Assembly: GCA_001793945.1 (NCBI GenBank)
Contig: MGIW01000006.1
Location: 70,179-134,178 of the forward strand
From: Candidatus Wolfebacteria bacterium RIFOXYD12_FULL_48_21
Lineage (GTDB): Bacteria > Patescibacteriota > Minisyncoccia > UBA6257 > UBA9933
DNA: 64,000 nucleotides
Direction of reading: 5' to 3'
Shown here: positions 9,010 through 19,033 of the stretch, piece by piece
Numbering within the stretch: position 1 is the stretch's first letter
Layout: every line of letters starts with the position of its first letter
Position numbers and translations under genes: made by a program
Notes under the pieces: model-generated
Seen by the model: the letters and a program-made list of their open reading frames with translations, nothing else
Told to the model about the DNA's origin: nothing
Database searches by the model: none

Positions 9010-9183
9010 TTAACGGTTTCCGTAGACAGTGAGTATCGTGCTTGCCAAAATGGCGAGGGCGATCTTGCCGACTTCCTCTGGTTCGCCCAAATAGATCTTT
9101 GGCATATCCGCCGTTTCCCATGCCCGCTTTGCGGTCCTCAATGCCTCCTCAAGATCTTCCTGGGCCTGTTGTGCTATGGCCAT
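9010..9183 (-). CDS. Small hypothetical protein (57 aa)
   Basis: ATG start preceded by a GGAGG Shine-Dalgarno (cctccg on the + strand). MAIAQQAQEDLEE... Confidence 0.5.
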   Translation of the reverse strand: MAIAQQAQEDLEEALRTAKRAWETADMPKIYLGEPEEVGKIALAILASTILTVYGNR

Positions 9184-9379
9184 GGTGCTTCCTCCGTATG
9201 AAAAGTTAATAAAAAAATGATGCTGTATTGTTAATACCATGTGGTGGTTTAATTGTCAAGTTTGCTCGGTAATGTATAAAGTGGTCAGATACTTCCTTAA
9301 CTTCTGTTTTACAAAAAAATCGCCTAACGGCGATTTTTTGTTTTATCTTGCGGAAATGGCTGCCGGCTTGTTTATTGAT

Positions 9380-9808
9380 TTAGTAAAATCCGCCTAAGGA
9401 ATTTATGTTGTTTTGCTGAGTTTGGATGGATTCCTTGAGCTGTGTAATTCCTGCCCATATTGACCAAGTAAGAAGGACTATAGTGCTAATGAGGAGAATT
9501 ACAGATATAAACCCTATGCGCCGAGCTTTTGGATCCCTTGATCTCATATATGCCACCCCTTGCCAATGTCTGTACGCGAGATAACCGGTAAACGGCATGA
9601 CAATAAGGGTGAAGATATAGAGCCATAGTTGTGCCCAGATAGTCGTAGACAGCGGCACTTCTTCGAGTTTTTTACCGCAGTTCGGACAAAAATAATACTC
9701 AGAAAGAACCGGTTGATGGCATTGGGGGCAGATATTTTTTCGATCGGGAGTAGCTACTGATGGCATCGCTGCGACTTCGGGTTGGTTTGGGGCTTGCGGG
9801 TTATCCAT
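9380..9808 (-). CDS. Zinc-ribbon domain membrane protein
   Basis: CPQCHQ...CPNCGK zinc ribbon followed by two TM helices. Confidence 0.55.
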   Translation of the reverse strand: MDNPQAPNQPEVAAMPSVATPDRKNICPQCHQPVLSEYYFCPNCGKKLEEVPLSTTIWAQLWLYIFTLIVMPFTGYLAYRHWQGVAYMRSRDPKARRIGFISVILLISTIVLLTWSIWAGITQLKESIQTQQNNINSLGGFY

Positions 9809-9991
9809 GGTCTATATATTTCAAGAGGCTTTATAGTATAGTATACCTTACTTTTTAAAAAAGGTTTCATGGTGCTGGAGTCAAAGGTGCGTCTAATGGG
9901 GTCGGCCCGTAAATATGAATTTGGTCCGCTAACGCACATTTTGGACAAAAAGTAAATTTTGTGAGTAATGAACAAACGATGGCAGAGGAGG

Positions 9992-10079
9992 TTGTCATCC
10001 CGGCGGAGGCCGGGATCCAGGTTTGTATGCACTACTTGGATGTTCAGACTCTGGATACCGGCCTCCGCCGGTATGACAG
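9992..10079. repeat. MITE-like element with about 29-bp terminal inverted repeats
   Basis: ttgtcatcccggcggaggccgggatccag ... ctggataccggcctccgccggtatgacag. Confidence 0.7.
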
Positions 10080-10277
10080 CTTAAACTACTCGATAGAAGT
10101 TTTATTGTCCGGAATGTGCGTTAGTTATGCAGAATTTGACAAAGGAGCATGCAAATGCTTTTATAGTAGCAAATTCTTGGTCGTATGGCTAAGTCGTTTC
10201 TTTCGCCGAAAGGTGGGAAAATAAGGAGGTAAGTGCGTTCCTCTACTAACGCACAAGCACATTGAAAGGAGTGTTGT

Positions 10278-10788
10278 ATGACACAGAAAGAGTTCGAAAT
10301 CGACAACGGGCCGTCAAAGCTCGATCTAATGCTCTCCCTGTTCGACACGGACATGGGCGCGCGGACGGTGAAATTCCATACGCCGGAGTGGGTTCACACC
10401 CATGACGCGCATGCGTTCAGCGTGAAGATCGATTCCGTAAGGAGGCGGGTCCTCGCCGCAAATATTTGGGATATCGAGGGGATTGTGGATACTCCGAAGG
10501 ATTATAAGGGAGAGAATGTCCGAGTTTCCCCTCTATTATCACTCGGATGCCCGCGAAGGTCAGATGCGGTTCGAAGATGAACTTCGGACTCATGGCGTCA
10601 TGGAAACACCAAGCGACTCCAAGCGGGCGCGGGCACTCATGCTTGTCATTCACAAGATGATCGCCATGTATCAGAATAGTCATCACGGCAATCTGAACGA
10701 GGATATCTTCAAGCTTTTCGAGAAAGCAAAAATGGTTAGCTTTGCTGATGATCGCGAGGCTCTCGCTGAGGCCATTGATAACATCTAA
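10278..10788 (+). pseudogene. Hypothetical gene, possibly frameshifted (two overlapping ORFs in different frames)
   Basis: ORF 10278-10580 and ORF 10483-10788 overlap by about 100 nt. The frame switches near 10510-10525. Confidence 0.25.
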
Positions 10789-10952
10789 AAGGTCTACAAT
10801 GTGAACCTGCTGTAGGCCTGAGGAGCACAACCAGGGCGACCAAGGCAATAGCCGAGGTCGCCCTTTTTATCATCGCCAGTGAACGAAGCCCCCCAGTATA
10901 GAGCTACCACTAAATGCCAGTTTGATTTAATTATAACCTGCAGTAAATAAAA

Positions 10953-10977
10953 ATTGCGCCCCAAGGGGCGCAATTGT
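10953..10977. terminator. Hairpin, likely terminator of the minus-strand gene at 11135-11452
   Basis: aaaaattgcgcccc aa ggggcgcaatt. A T-run is present on the minus strand. Confidence 0.45.
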
Positions 10978-11134
10978 GGTCGCGGTGCATCGCGTGAGTG
11001 CGTTATACGGGACTTTCGTCCGCAATCTTTATTGCGAGCGCAATGATCATCGAGCGTAGTTTGTCCATTCTCTCTGACGCGAATTGATATTCGTTATGTT
11101 CGCGAAGGGATGGCGACCGCACCATTCTTTTGAT

Positions 11135-11452
11135 TCACTCGTCCATTTTTGCGGGATCGTACTCTTTGATCGCTTTGCCTAACCGCTCCATTGTTTGGAT
11201 CGCGGCCGACCTGTCGATGTTTTCGTTGCAGCTCGGACAGAAAAATTCATTCCCCGATCCGAGCGGATTGGTGACATAGCTGTCGAACCATAATCCCGAT
11301 TTGCATTTGGGACATTGCAGGAGCATGTCATTTTCTTCCGCCATTCGCCAGCAACTTCCTACATCCAGCTCCATGCTCGGAGCGCACGCGCGACCGCCTT
11401 GAATACAGCCCCTGTCTGCGCATCTTCTGTCGCACACATCGAATGCTTTCAT
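11135..11452 (-). CDS. Cys-rich putative zinc-binding protein
   Basis: Contains CDRRCADRGC, CPKCKS and CPSC. Confidence 0.5.
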   Translation of the reverse strand: MKAFDVCDRRCADRGCIQGGRACAPSMELDVGSCWRMAEENDMLLQCPKCKSGLWFDSYVTNPLGSGNEFFCPSCNENIDRSAAIQTMERLGKAIKEYDPAKMDE

Positions 11453-11597
11453 CGATAGCCTCCTCAATTGGATTGAACTGCTTTCTTTGTTCTGCCTACT
11501 TTATACGATTTATTTGCCGTTTATGTCAATGTTTCAGGATGCCACGAGGGTTTTACCTTGCCCAAGGGGAGGCGAGAGTGTATGATTTAGGAACACT

Positions 11598-13322
11598 ATG
11601 GATAAGAGAATCTTTATCGGGCTTGCGTGGCCGTATGCAAACGGGAGCCTTCATTTGGGACATGTATCGGCGTTTATTGGTGCCGATATTCTTGCGCGGT
11701 ACTATCGGCTTGCCGGCGACCGCGTATTGTTTGTTTCCGGTAGCGATTGCTACGGAACGCCCATTGCCGTGGAGGCGGCGGAAAAAGGCATCCAGCCAGC
11801 TGAAATTGCAAACAAATATCACGAGGAGTTTCGGAAGAACCTCGTAGACGGCATGGGGTTTTCGTACGATATGTATACCCGCACGACGACCGACCAGCAT
11901 GCGAAGGTGGTGCAGGATCTTTTTTTGGAATTGCATAAAAAAGGATTTCTTTACACCAAAACAGAAAAGGCGCTTTATTCGCCGTTGCTCGAGCGTTTTT
12001 TGCCTGATCGTTTTGTAGAGGGCACATGTCCGAAGTGCGGCTATACCGGCGCGCGTGGCGACCAATGCGATGAGTGTGGAACATTGCTTGATCCGCTCGA
12101 ACTGAAGGATCCGCGCATCAATCCGAAGATATTGAACCGCAAAGGGGAGTTGAGCGATACAGACCGTCGGCTTGAGGTGCGGGAGTCGGAACATTTTTAT
12201 TTGAAACTCACCGCTTTGCAGGGGGCACTGGAACAATGGGTCGAAAGCACAAGCGATTCATGGCGCGCAAACGCGAGCGGGTTTGCCAAGAGCTTTTTAA
12301 AACAGGGTTTGCACGATCGCGCCATTACTCGCGACACCGATTGGGGTGTGCCTATTCCGTTGCCGGGCTATGAAACAAAACGCATTTATGTGTGGTTTGA
12401 GGCGGTCGCGGGATACCTTTCCGCATCCATGTTGTGGGCTGAAGAACAAAACACTCCCGATGAATGGAAAGAGTGGTGGCAGAACGAAGAGGCGGTGCAT
12501 TATTATGTGCACGGGAAGGATAACATTCCGTTCCATACGATCATTTGGCCGGCGATTTTGCTTGCGCAGGGTGCGCTGCATACGCCCGACCATATTGTTT
12601 CTTCCGAATATCTTAAACTTGAAGGAAAGCAGTTTTCCAAGAGCAGGGGGTGGGCCGTATGGCTTCCGGAGTTTTTGGAATCGTTCGACCCTGAAACACT
12701 TCGGTATTTTTTGGTCGCGAATGGGCCGGAAACAAGCGATGCTAACTTTATGTGGGCGGAGTATGCCCAACGCGTAAATGGCGAGCTTATCGGTACATTT
12801 GGCAATTTGGTCAACCGCACGCTTTCCATTGCCAAGAGCAAGTTTCCGGAAGGACTTCGGTTTCCAGAGACGGTGGATGCAGAATCCGCCGAACTGCTTG
12901 CCGTTGCGCGCGATGCTTTCCCGAAGGTGGGCGAGCTGATCGAGGCGGGCAAGTTTCGTGCCGCTTTCAGGACGGCATTGGAAGTCGCTGAGCATGGCAA
13001 CCGATATATCAATACAAAAGAACCGTGGAAGAAGATTAAAGATGAGATGAAAAAAGATGAGGTCGAGGGTGATCTCGCAGTGCTTGTTCAAGTAATCCGT
13101 TCGTTGGCCATGTTGGTCAATCCGTTCCTGCCGCGGACATCCGAGAAGATATATGGATTTCTTGGGTTTACCGCTCAAGAGCAAATATGGAAGTACCCAG
13201 AGCCGGAAGCGGCTTGGAAAATCGGCGATGTTACGCCTTTGTATCGCAAGATCGAAGATGCCGACATTGAAGCGCAGTTGGCAAAGCTCGGGAAGCCCGT
13301 TGCGCCGGAGGAGGGTTTGTAA
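11598..13322 (+). CDS. metG: Methionyl-tRNA synthetase
   Basis: HLGH (HIGH) motif, Zn knuckle CPKCG...CDECG, and KFSKS (KMSKS) motif. Confidence 0.95.
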   Translation: MDKRIFIGLAWPYANGSLHLGHVSAFIGADILARYYRLAGDRVLFVSGSDCYGTPIAVEAAEKGIQPAEIANKYHEEFRKNLVDGMGFSYDMYTRTTTDQHAKVVQDLFLELHKKGFLYTKTEKALYSPLLERFLPDRFVEGTCPKCGYTGARGDQCDECGTLLDPLELKDPRINPKILNRKGELSDTDRRLEVRESEHFYLKLTALQGALEQWVESTSDSWRANASGFAKSFLKQGLHDRAITRDTDWGVPIPLPGYETKRIYVWFEAVAGYLSASMLWAEEQNTPDEWKEWWQNEEAVHYYVHGKDNIPFHTIIWPAILLAQGALHTPDHIVSSEYLKLEGKQFSKSRGWAVWLPEFLESFDPETLRYFLVANGPETSDANFMWAEYAQRVNGELIGTFGNLVNRTLSIAKSKFPEGLRFPETVDAESAELLAVARDAFPKVGELIEAGKFRAAFRTALEVAEHGNRYINTKEPWKKIKDEMKKDEVEGDLAVLVQVIRSLAMLVNPFLPRTSEKIYGFLGFTAQEQIWKYPEPEAAWKIGDVTPLYRKIEDADIEAQLAKLGKPVAPEEGL

Positions 13323-13358
13323 TGGATACGGGCACTCCATCTGTTATACTTAGCACAT

Positions 13359-14009
13359 ATGAACAGGCGGCTGATATTTTCATTTCTTTTCGCGATTGTT
13401 GTCGCCTTTTTGTTTTGGTCCTCGAGTCTGTTGCAAAGCGAGTTTTGGCGCGTTGTCGATTTTTTTAATGTGCTTGTTGTGCGGAACGAGCTGCTGGCAA
13501 TGGTTTTGTTCGTTCTTTCTTCGGTTGCGGCGGCACTTGTTAGCCCGCTGACGAACATTCCGCTCGTGCCTATCGCGGTCGTGTTTTGGGGTCCTGCGAT
13601 TACTGCACTGTTGCTGTTGTTCGGTTGGCTCGTGGGCGACATGCTTGCCTACTTTGTCGGGCGCTATTTTGGCAGGCGGGTCGTCTTCTATTTTGTGCAC
13701 GAAGAGCTGTTTGAACAATGGAGCCGTAAGATAAAAGAACACACTACATTTTTGACCGCGCTCCTGTTGCGCTTGGCTTTGCCTGCCGAGCTTGGATATG
13801 CATTCGGTATGGTTCGTTACCCCATAGGTGCGTATGCTCTCATTACCGTTCTATCCGAGCTTCCGTTTGCCATCATTTCCACCTATGCCAGTGAAGCTGT
13901 CTTGCTTGGGAATGCGGTGCAGTTTCTTGGTTTTGCCGGTATATTACTTGGGATCATCTTTATTACGATCAAAATAACGAATACTAACCGAAAGAAGCTT
14001 GCCATATAG
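13359..14009 (+). CDS. DedA/TVP38 family membrane protein
   Basis: VPIAVVFWGPAITALLLLFGWLVGDMLAYFVGRYFGRR is DedA-like. Confidence 0.7.
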   Translation: MNRRLIFSFLFAIVVAFLFWSSSLLQSEFWRVVDFFNVLVVRNELLAMVLFVLSSVAAALVSPLTNIPLVPIAVVFWGPAITALLLLFGWLVGDMLAYFVGRYFGRRVVFYFVHEELFEQWSRKIKEHTTFLTALLLRLALPAELGYAFGMVRYPIGAYALITVLSELPFAIISTYASEAVLLGNAVQFLGFAGILLGIIFITIKITNTNRKKLAI

Positions 14010-14108
14010 CAACACCTTGACTTTTTTGAGAAATGTGTAATAGTAGTGTTAGATAGTCAACGATGTAAATCTACCCGCAACACAACCAAAAAAGTAAGGA
14101 GGTGTACG

Positions 14109-15053
14109 ATGGATTTTACAAAGAGGCTTTTTACAATCTGTTTAATTTTCATTTTCGGCCTGACGGGCTGCGTGACGACCGGGGTCGGAATCGGCGCCAG
14201 TAACGGGACTCAGCCGGTAGCCGGGAATTCCGAGACCGGAGGCACAAAACAGCTGCAAACATGCAATGTTCCTGTTAGCCAGCGGCTGAGCGTTAATCTG
14301 GACCTCGGTGGTGATGCCGATACCCAGATCAAGTATCTGGTCAAGAACGGATTGCCGAGTAATCCGTTACCGGCGATGCGTTTGATCGCGCAGCAGTCCG
14401 GGTGCTTTACCCCGTCTGCCTACACCAAGGCGATGGAACGGGCCGGCCGGAATACGACGGCGGACTATACGCTGTTGGTTGAGATCATTACCAGCAATGA
14501 AAACGAGTCCGGTGGTGGTGCCGCCGGTGCGGCTGCGGGAATCGGGTCTTTGTTTGGTCCCGTCGGCATGGTTGTCGGTGCAATAGCTGGTAGTATCAGG
14601 AAGTCTGAAGCGGGGGTCATCCTTACCATGGTAAGCAACAAGGACGGCGAGCAGATCGCTTCTGCTTCGGGCGTCGCTACGGGGACCAGTTTTGGTCTTG
14701 GCGGTGGCCTTGGTGTTGCCGGTGCCGGCGGTGCAATCGCCGGGGGACTTGGCGGATATGAAAATACCGACCAAGGAAAGGTTATCATCGGCGCCATGAT
14801 CGACGCCGTGAACAAACTTACGCCGATGATCCCGCAGCTGCAGGCCAGCCAACGAGTTGCGCCGGTTGATCGTGCATCCACGAATCTGGTGCAGGACATC
14901 CAGGCCGCGCTTAAGGTCAAAGGGTACTCCGTCTCCGTTGATGGACAGTATGGTCCCATGACCAAGGCTGCCATCGCCGACTGGCAAAAAAAGAACGGTC
15001 TGCCTGCAGACGGCAAGCCCTCTCAGAGCCTTTTGGACGCGATGCGGAAGTAG
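14109..15053 (+). CDS. Lipoprotein with a glycine-zipper region and a C-terminal peptidoglycan-binding domain
   Basis: Lipobox LTGC. Gly-rich GGAAGAAAGIGSLFGPVGMVVGAIAGS. C-terminal LKVKGYSVSVDGQYGPMTKAAIADWQKKNGLPADG (PG_binding_1). Confidence 0.7.
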   Translation: MDFTKRLFTICLIFIFGLTGCVTTGVGIGASNGTQPVAGNSETGGTKQLQTCNVPVSQRLSVNLDLGGDADTQIKYLVKNGLPSNPLPAMRLIAQQSGCFTPSAYTKAMERAGRNTTADYTLLVEIITSNENESGGGAAGAAAGIGSLFGPVGMVVGAIAGSIRKSEAGVILTMVSNKDGEQIASASGVATGTSFGLGGGLGVAGAGGAIAGGLGGYENTDQGKVIIGAMIDAVNKLTPMIPQLQASQRVAPVDRASTNLVQDIQAALKVKGYSVSVDGQYGPMTKAAIADWQKKNGLPADGKPSQSLLDAMRK

Positions 15054-15077
15054 GCGGCGGGTATTACGTGGGTTTAC

Positions 15078-15116
15078 GGGGGCGTTGCGCGCATGCGCGC
15101 AACGCCCCTTTTTTAT
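15078..15116 (+). terminator. Intrinsic terminator
   Basis: gggggcgttgcgcgc atg cgcgcaacgcccc followed by tttttt. Confidence 0.7.
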
Positions 15117-15132
15117 TCATAAAAGCACATAT

Positions 15133-15158
15133 AAAAACAGCCCATAGGGCTGTTTTTA
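15133..15158. terminator. Hairpin with flanking A/T runs (bidirectional terminator)
   Basis: aaaaacagccc ata gggctgttttt. Confidence 0.5.
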
Positions 15159-15169
15159 TATCGAAACTG

Positions 15170-15379
15170 TTAGGCTTCCGATTCTTCCTTTGCAGGGGCT
15201 TCGGTTTCAGCTTCCGGAGAAGTTTCTTCCTTGACCTCTTCTGCGCCTTCGGTCGGCTCTGCCGCTACTTCAGTAGCTTCAGTTGCTTTGGTTTCTTCAA
15301 CCGCTACCGCATCGGCATCGCCGGTTGCAGGTACTACTACTTCTTCGGAAGTTACTCCCGGGTTTGTGGACTGGTCCAT
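15170..15379 (-). CDS. Small acidic low-complexity protein
   Basis: Composition rich in E, A and T. Flanked by a terminator. Confidence 0.35.
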   Translation of the reverse strand: MDQSTNPGVTSEEVVVPATGDADAVAVEETKATEATEVAAEPTEGAEEVKEETSPEAETEAPAKEESEA

Positions 15380-15548
15380 AGTATTTAATTCGTTCTATCT
15401 TAAGGGCAATTACAATCACCACTTGCATTACTTTTCGAAGGCAATAGCCTACCATAACACATAACCCTGAGAAAGCAAATTAAAATGGAGATAAAAAAAG
15501 AGGCAGCCGAAGCTGCCCCATTGGTGTGGTTGGGAAGGCGCATACCTA

Positions 15549-16097
15549 TCAACCGTTTTTCCCGACACGATACATTTCAATTTTATGATCGCCTTTCCGT
15601 CCCCAAGACTGAGCGGCGATTCTTCCTGTATCGCTTTCTCCCACGAAAAAGTCGAAGCGGCGGGGGCCTTTTATGCCCCCACCTTTATCTTCGACAGTCC
15701 ATTGACCAAAGTCTTTGCCGTCGATAACGACGCGAAACTTGGTACCCACCGGATTATAGCGTTGATCGGCCGATAAGTGGCCTATCTCCGCGCGTTTTCC
15801 GGAGCTGGTGACCCCTGTTCCATTCAGGCGAATGTCGCCTAAATAAGACCCGGTCACATACTTTCGTTGGCCTTTTACCGGCCTGTAATAGGCTGAAGTA
15901 ACGGCAACGAGGGGGCGTGGCGGGTTATTAGTGGTGCTTTTCGTGATCAAGCCGTATGCTTCGCGGGGAAGCGATGCGTGGCTTGTGGTGTCGGGGGAGC
16001 AAAAAACTGCAAGCAGTGCCATTGCTATGGCGATATATGTTTTCAAGTTTTTGATCCTCCTTCTTCCATATTCAGTTTGTAATGTGCTCTTTTCCAA
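15549..16097 (-). CDS. 3D-domain (MltA-like) cell-wall protein
   Basis: YLGDIRLNGTG...VIDGKDFGQWTVEDKGGGIKG..RFDFF contains the three conserved Asp of the 3D domain. Confidence 0.6.
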   Translation of the reverse strand: MEKSTLQTEYGRRRIKNLKTYIAIAMALLAVFCSPDTTSHASLPREAYGLITKSTTNNPPRPLVAVTSAYYRPVKGQRKYVTGSYLGDIRLNGTGVTSSGKRAEIGHLSADQRYNPVGTKFRVVIDGKDFGQWTVEDKGGGIKGPRRFDFFVGESDTGRIAAQSWGRKGDHKIEMYRVGKNG

Positions 16098-16155
16098 ACA
16101 AAAACGGCTCTTGGGGAGCTATTTTTGTATTAAAACTAATATAGCAGAAGGATAG

Positions 16156-17079
16156 TTATTTGTCAATACCCTGTATGTGCTGGTGCAATTCCAAAGGTTT
16201 TTTGCCCTCTATATGGATCTTTTTGATGATCAGTGTGTCTTCCATGGAAATATCCGCTTCCAGTAGTTTGATCCGTTTTTCTTGACCAAAGTGCAGGTTG
16301 CAAATGGACTTGGCTATGGTCCACGTGCCCGGCTCGGGGTTGAGGGCGCGGATCTTGCGCTCAATGGCGAGGGCAATTTCGCCCCCTTCGGAATGGGCCC
16401 GTTCAATGTCGTGAATATCTATGAACGCGTCGTCCGTGGAGAACTTTTTCGTAAAGGTTGCCTTTGTATGGTCTTGTTCCTGCGGAACGATCGTGCCGTC
16501 CACAAGACCGGGGATCGTTTTCGCTACCAGTTCGCCACCTATCTCCGCAAGCTTTTTTGCGAGCTGGGTATAGTTCATGGTTCCGATCTGTACCGTTTCC
16601 TGCGCCACGATGGGGCCGTGATCCATTTTCTCATCGATCATGAACAATGAAACGCCGGTGATGTCTTGCCCGTCGAGTAATGTAGTTTGCATAGGCGAAG
16701 CGCCGCGATATGCGGGAAGAAGTGAAGGGTGCACCCCTATGGTTCCGTGTTTTGGTATATCGAGCACATTTTGCTTGACCAGCTTTGCGTATGCGGCAAT
16801 AACGAACAAGTCGGGTTCAAATGACCTAAGCTGTTCAAGAAACGCATCGTCGAGCGCTTCCGGTTGCAGTAGGGGAATGCTGAGCGTCGGGTCCTGCAAC
16901 TGGTGTTCCATGATAAGTAGTTTGACCGCCGGTGGCGTGACCACTTTTTTGCGTCCGACTGGCCTGTCGGGGTTGCAAACGATCGCGGCAGGAATGATGC
17001 CCCGGTTAAGGAGTTTTTCGAGTACATCTGTGGCGAATTCGGGAGTTCCGAAGAATATGAATCTGGGTTGGGTGGGCAT
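16156..17079 (-). CDS. fmt: Methionyl-tRNA formyltransferase
   Basis: IFFGTPEFA...HPSLLPAYRGASPMQ is the Fmt signature. Confidence 0.9.
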   Translation of the reverse strand: MPTQPRFIFFGTPEFATDVLEKLLNRGIIPAAIVCNPDRPVGRKKVVTPPAVKLLIMEHQLQDPTLSIPLLQPEALDDAFLEQLRSFEPDLFVIAAYAKLVKQNVLDIPKHGTIGVHPSLLPAYRGASPMQTTLLDGQDITGVSLFMIDEKMDHGPIVAQETVQIGTMNYTQLAKKLAEIGGELVAKTIPGLVDGTIVPQEQDHTKATFTKKFSTDDAFIDIHDIERAHSEGGEIALAIERKIRALNPEPGTWTIAKSICNLHFGQEKRIKLLEADISMEDTLIIKKIHIEGKKPLELHQHIQGIDK

Positions 17080-17116
17080 CGTTCTTTTTCAGTTAATTAT
17101 ATGGTATCATTGTATC

Positions 17117-17542
17117 ATGAAATTTTTTATAGCGTCACCATGGAAAAATAAGACGCAGGTCGAGCAGTTGACGGACGAGTTGGAAAAGCTCGGACATTCG
17201 GCATATTCGTATGTTGAAAGCGGCGCCAATTTGTTGACGGGCAAGCCTATCGAGGACGAGATGAAGGAGTTTACCCAGGCGTTGGTCAATTGGAAGGTAG
17301 ATGATCGCATCGCCAAGATCGCCGAATCCGAGGTGCAAGCCATCAAAGATGCCGATGTTGTTATTCTATTGCTTCCGGCGGGCGATTCTTCGCACATGGA
17401 AGCAGGGGTCGGATATGGCCTCGGTAAGCGCATGGTACTGATCGGACCGGTCGAAAAACCGGAAGTCATCTATTTGCTGTTCAACCATGTGTATCTTGAC
17501 ATCAGCTCTTTCCTGCGCGAATTTTCCTTTGTCGCGGAATGA
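17117..17542 (+). CDS. Nucleoside 2-deoxyribosyltransferase-like protein
   Basis: FIASPW...AGDSSHMEAGVGYGLGK resembles the Nuc_deoxyrib_tr active-site Glu region. Confidence 0.6.
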   Translation: MKFFIASPWKNKTQVEQLTDELEKLGHSAYSYVESGANLLTGKPIEDEMKEFTQALVNWKVDDRIAKIAESEVQAIKDADVVILLLPAGDSSHMEAGVGYGLGKRMVLIGPVEKPEVIYLLFNHVYLDISSFLREFSFVAE

Positions 17543-17556
17543 ACCGATCATCCATA

Positions 17557-17590
17557 TAAAAACACCGCTTTTCATGAGCGGTGTTTTTAT
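17557..17590. terminator. Bidirectional terminator hairpin
   Basis: aaaaacaccgct tttcatg agcggtgttttt. Confidence 0.55.
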
Positions 17591-18111
17591 ATGTTGACCT
17601 CTTCGTTTTGCGCGGTATTTATTTCTATATTCTGTGCTTTATCGATAAATACAATTCCGTTCAAATGGTCTATCTCATGCTGGAAGATGCGTGCCAGTAA
17701 TCCGGTTGCGCGTATCTTGATGGGTTTTTGGTGTTTGTCGAATCCGGCAACGGTTACTTCCCATGGGCGTGAAACGACCCCGTGCGTACGGGGGACGCTG
17801 AGGCAACCTTCTTCCATGGGGCGCATGTCCTTTGATGCGTCAATGATATTGGGATTGAAGATCGCGTAGAGTTTTGACCGTTTTCCCTGTTTCGGGATTT
17901 CCGCAACAAAGAGCTGTATATCCAGTCCGACCTGATTTGCGCTCAGGCCTACACCATTTGCGCGTTTCATAATAAACCGCATGGTTGCGATGAGTTCGCG
18001 GATTTCTTTTGGCGTGTATTTCGAGAAATCAAAATTGGCCGGATGTGTTCTCAGGAATCTTTCCTCTTGTTTATTGGTTATTATCCAAATTGGTTGGTCT
18101 TTTGATAACAT
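17587..18111 (-). CDS. def: Peptide deformylase
   Basis: GVGLSANQVG, EGCLSVP and QHEIDHLNG are the three peptide deformylase motifs. Confidence 0.9.
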   Translation of the reverse strand: MLSKDQPIWIITNKQEERFLRTHPANFDFSKYTPKEIRELIATMRFIMKRANGVGLSANQVGLDIQLFVAEIPKQGKRSKLYAIFNPNIIDASKDMRPMEEGCLSVPRTHGVVSRPWEVTVAGFDKHQKPIKIRATGLLARIFQHEIDHLNGIVFIDKAQNIEINTAQNEEVNI

Positions 18112-18424
18112 TCTTTTTAACTATTTTCTTTGCAGCCTTCTTTTTTGCCGGTGCCTTTTCCTTTTTCGGCAGGGGGTATCGTTCGTGTAATACTTTCATA
18201 AAATATGCACCCCTGTTGGCGATGTTCTTGCGGTCGGCGACATCCCGCGCGATGGACATAAGAATCGACGCATCGTGCTGTTGTGCGAGTTTTATGTACA
18301 GTGCCTTGTGCGGCCTGTCTCCGAGTATGTCCGCCAGTTGCAGTCCTATGTCTTGAAATTGGCGGTATACATGGGATTGTTTGCCGCGCGCTTTCAGAGT
18401 TTCAAGATAGTCTTTATCGAACAT
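18071..18424 (-). CDS. Hypothetical protein with a Lys-rich C-terminus
   Basis: ORF only. Start assigned at MFDKDY. Confidence 0.35.
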   Translation of the reverse strand: MFDKDYLETLKARGKQSHVYRQFQDIGLQLADILGDRPHKALYIKLAQQHDASILMSIARDVADRKNIANRGAYFMKVLHERYPLPKKEKAPAKKKAAKKIVKKNVIKRPTNLDNNQ

Positions 18425-18561
18425 TGACAATAGTATATATTTGTTTTCTAAGTTTGTCCACCCCCCCTCGTGGGATAACCGATAACCAATAACTAATAAC
18501 CTATAACGGGACAACTCTACGAGAATGAATAAAGTGTCATTTTTGTATATACTTAATACAT

Positions 18562-18978
18562 ATGTGGATCATCTATGCCATTCTTTCTGCCATCACTGCG
18601 GCGGGGGTCGCCATTTTTGCAAAGCTTGGGTTGAAGCAGATCGATACCGTGCTTGCCACCACAGTGCGTTCGCTGATCATGGCGGGGTTTTTGATCGTGG
18701 TCAGTTTGCTTCTGAAAAAGTTTGACGGATTTTCGCCGGCTTCATGGAGCGGGCGCGAGTGGGGGTTGATCGTGCTTGCCGGCGTAAGCGGTGCTGTTTC
18801 GTGGCTTTTCTATTTTCTTGCATTGCGGTCGGCTGATGCATCGCGTGTTGCCGCGCTCGATCGTACGAGTCTTGTGTTCGTGGCGTTGCTTGCCGCGGTG
18901 TTTCTTGGCGAGCAGCTAAAAATGAAAGCGATGTTTGGGATCGTGCTTATGGTCATCGGTGCGATATTAATGGTGTAA
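18562..18978 (+). CDS. Small EamA-like (DMT superfamily) membrane protein
   Basis: Four TM helices and an EamA-like pattern. Confidence 0.55.
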   Translation: MWIIYAILSAITAAGVAIFAKLGLKQIDTVLATTVRSLIMAGFLIVVSLLLKKFDGFSPASWSGREWGLIVLAGVSGAVSWLFYFLALRSADASRVAALDRTSLVFVALLAAVFLGEQLKMKAMFGIVLMVIGAILMV

Positions 18979-19033
18979 AAAAATGCAGCCGCTGGTTGGC
19001 GGACTGCATGGGGGGCTTGAAACGGAACAGTGT

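Noticed and set aside
12297-13340. 347-aa ORF antisense to metG
   Set aside because: It lies entirely within a well-supported metG coding region on the other strand. It has an odd composition and no motifs.
16640-17542. 300-aa plus-strand ORF spanning antisense fmt and the NDT-like gene
   Set aside because: Only the last 141 aa, from the ATG at 17117, has a coherent protein signature. The upstream part is antisense to fmt.
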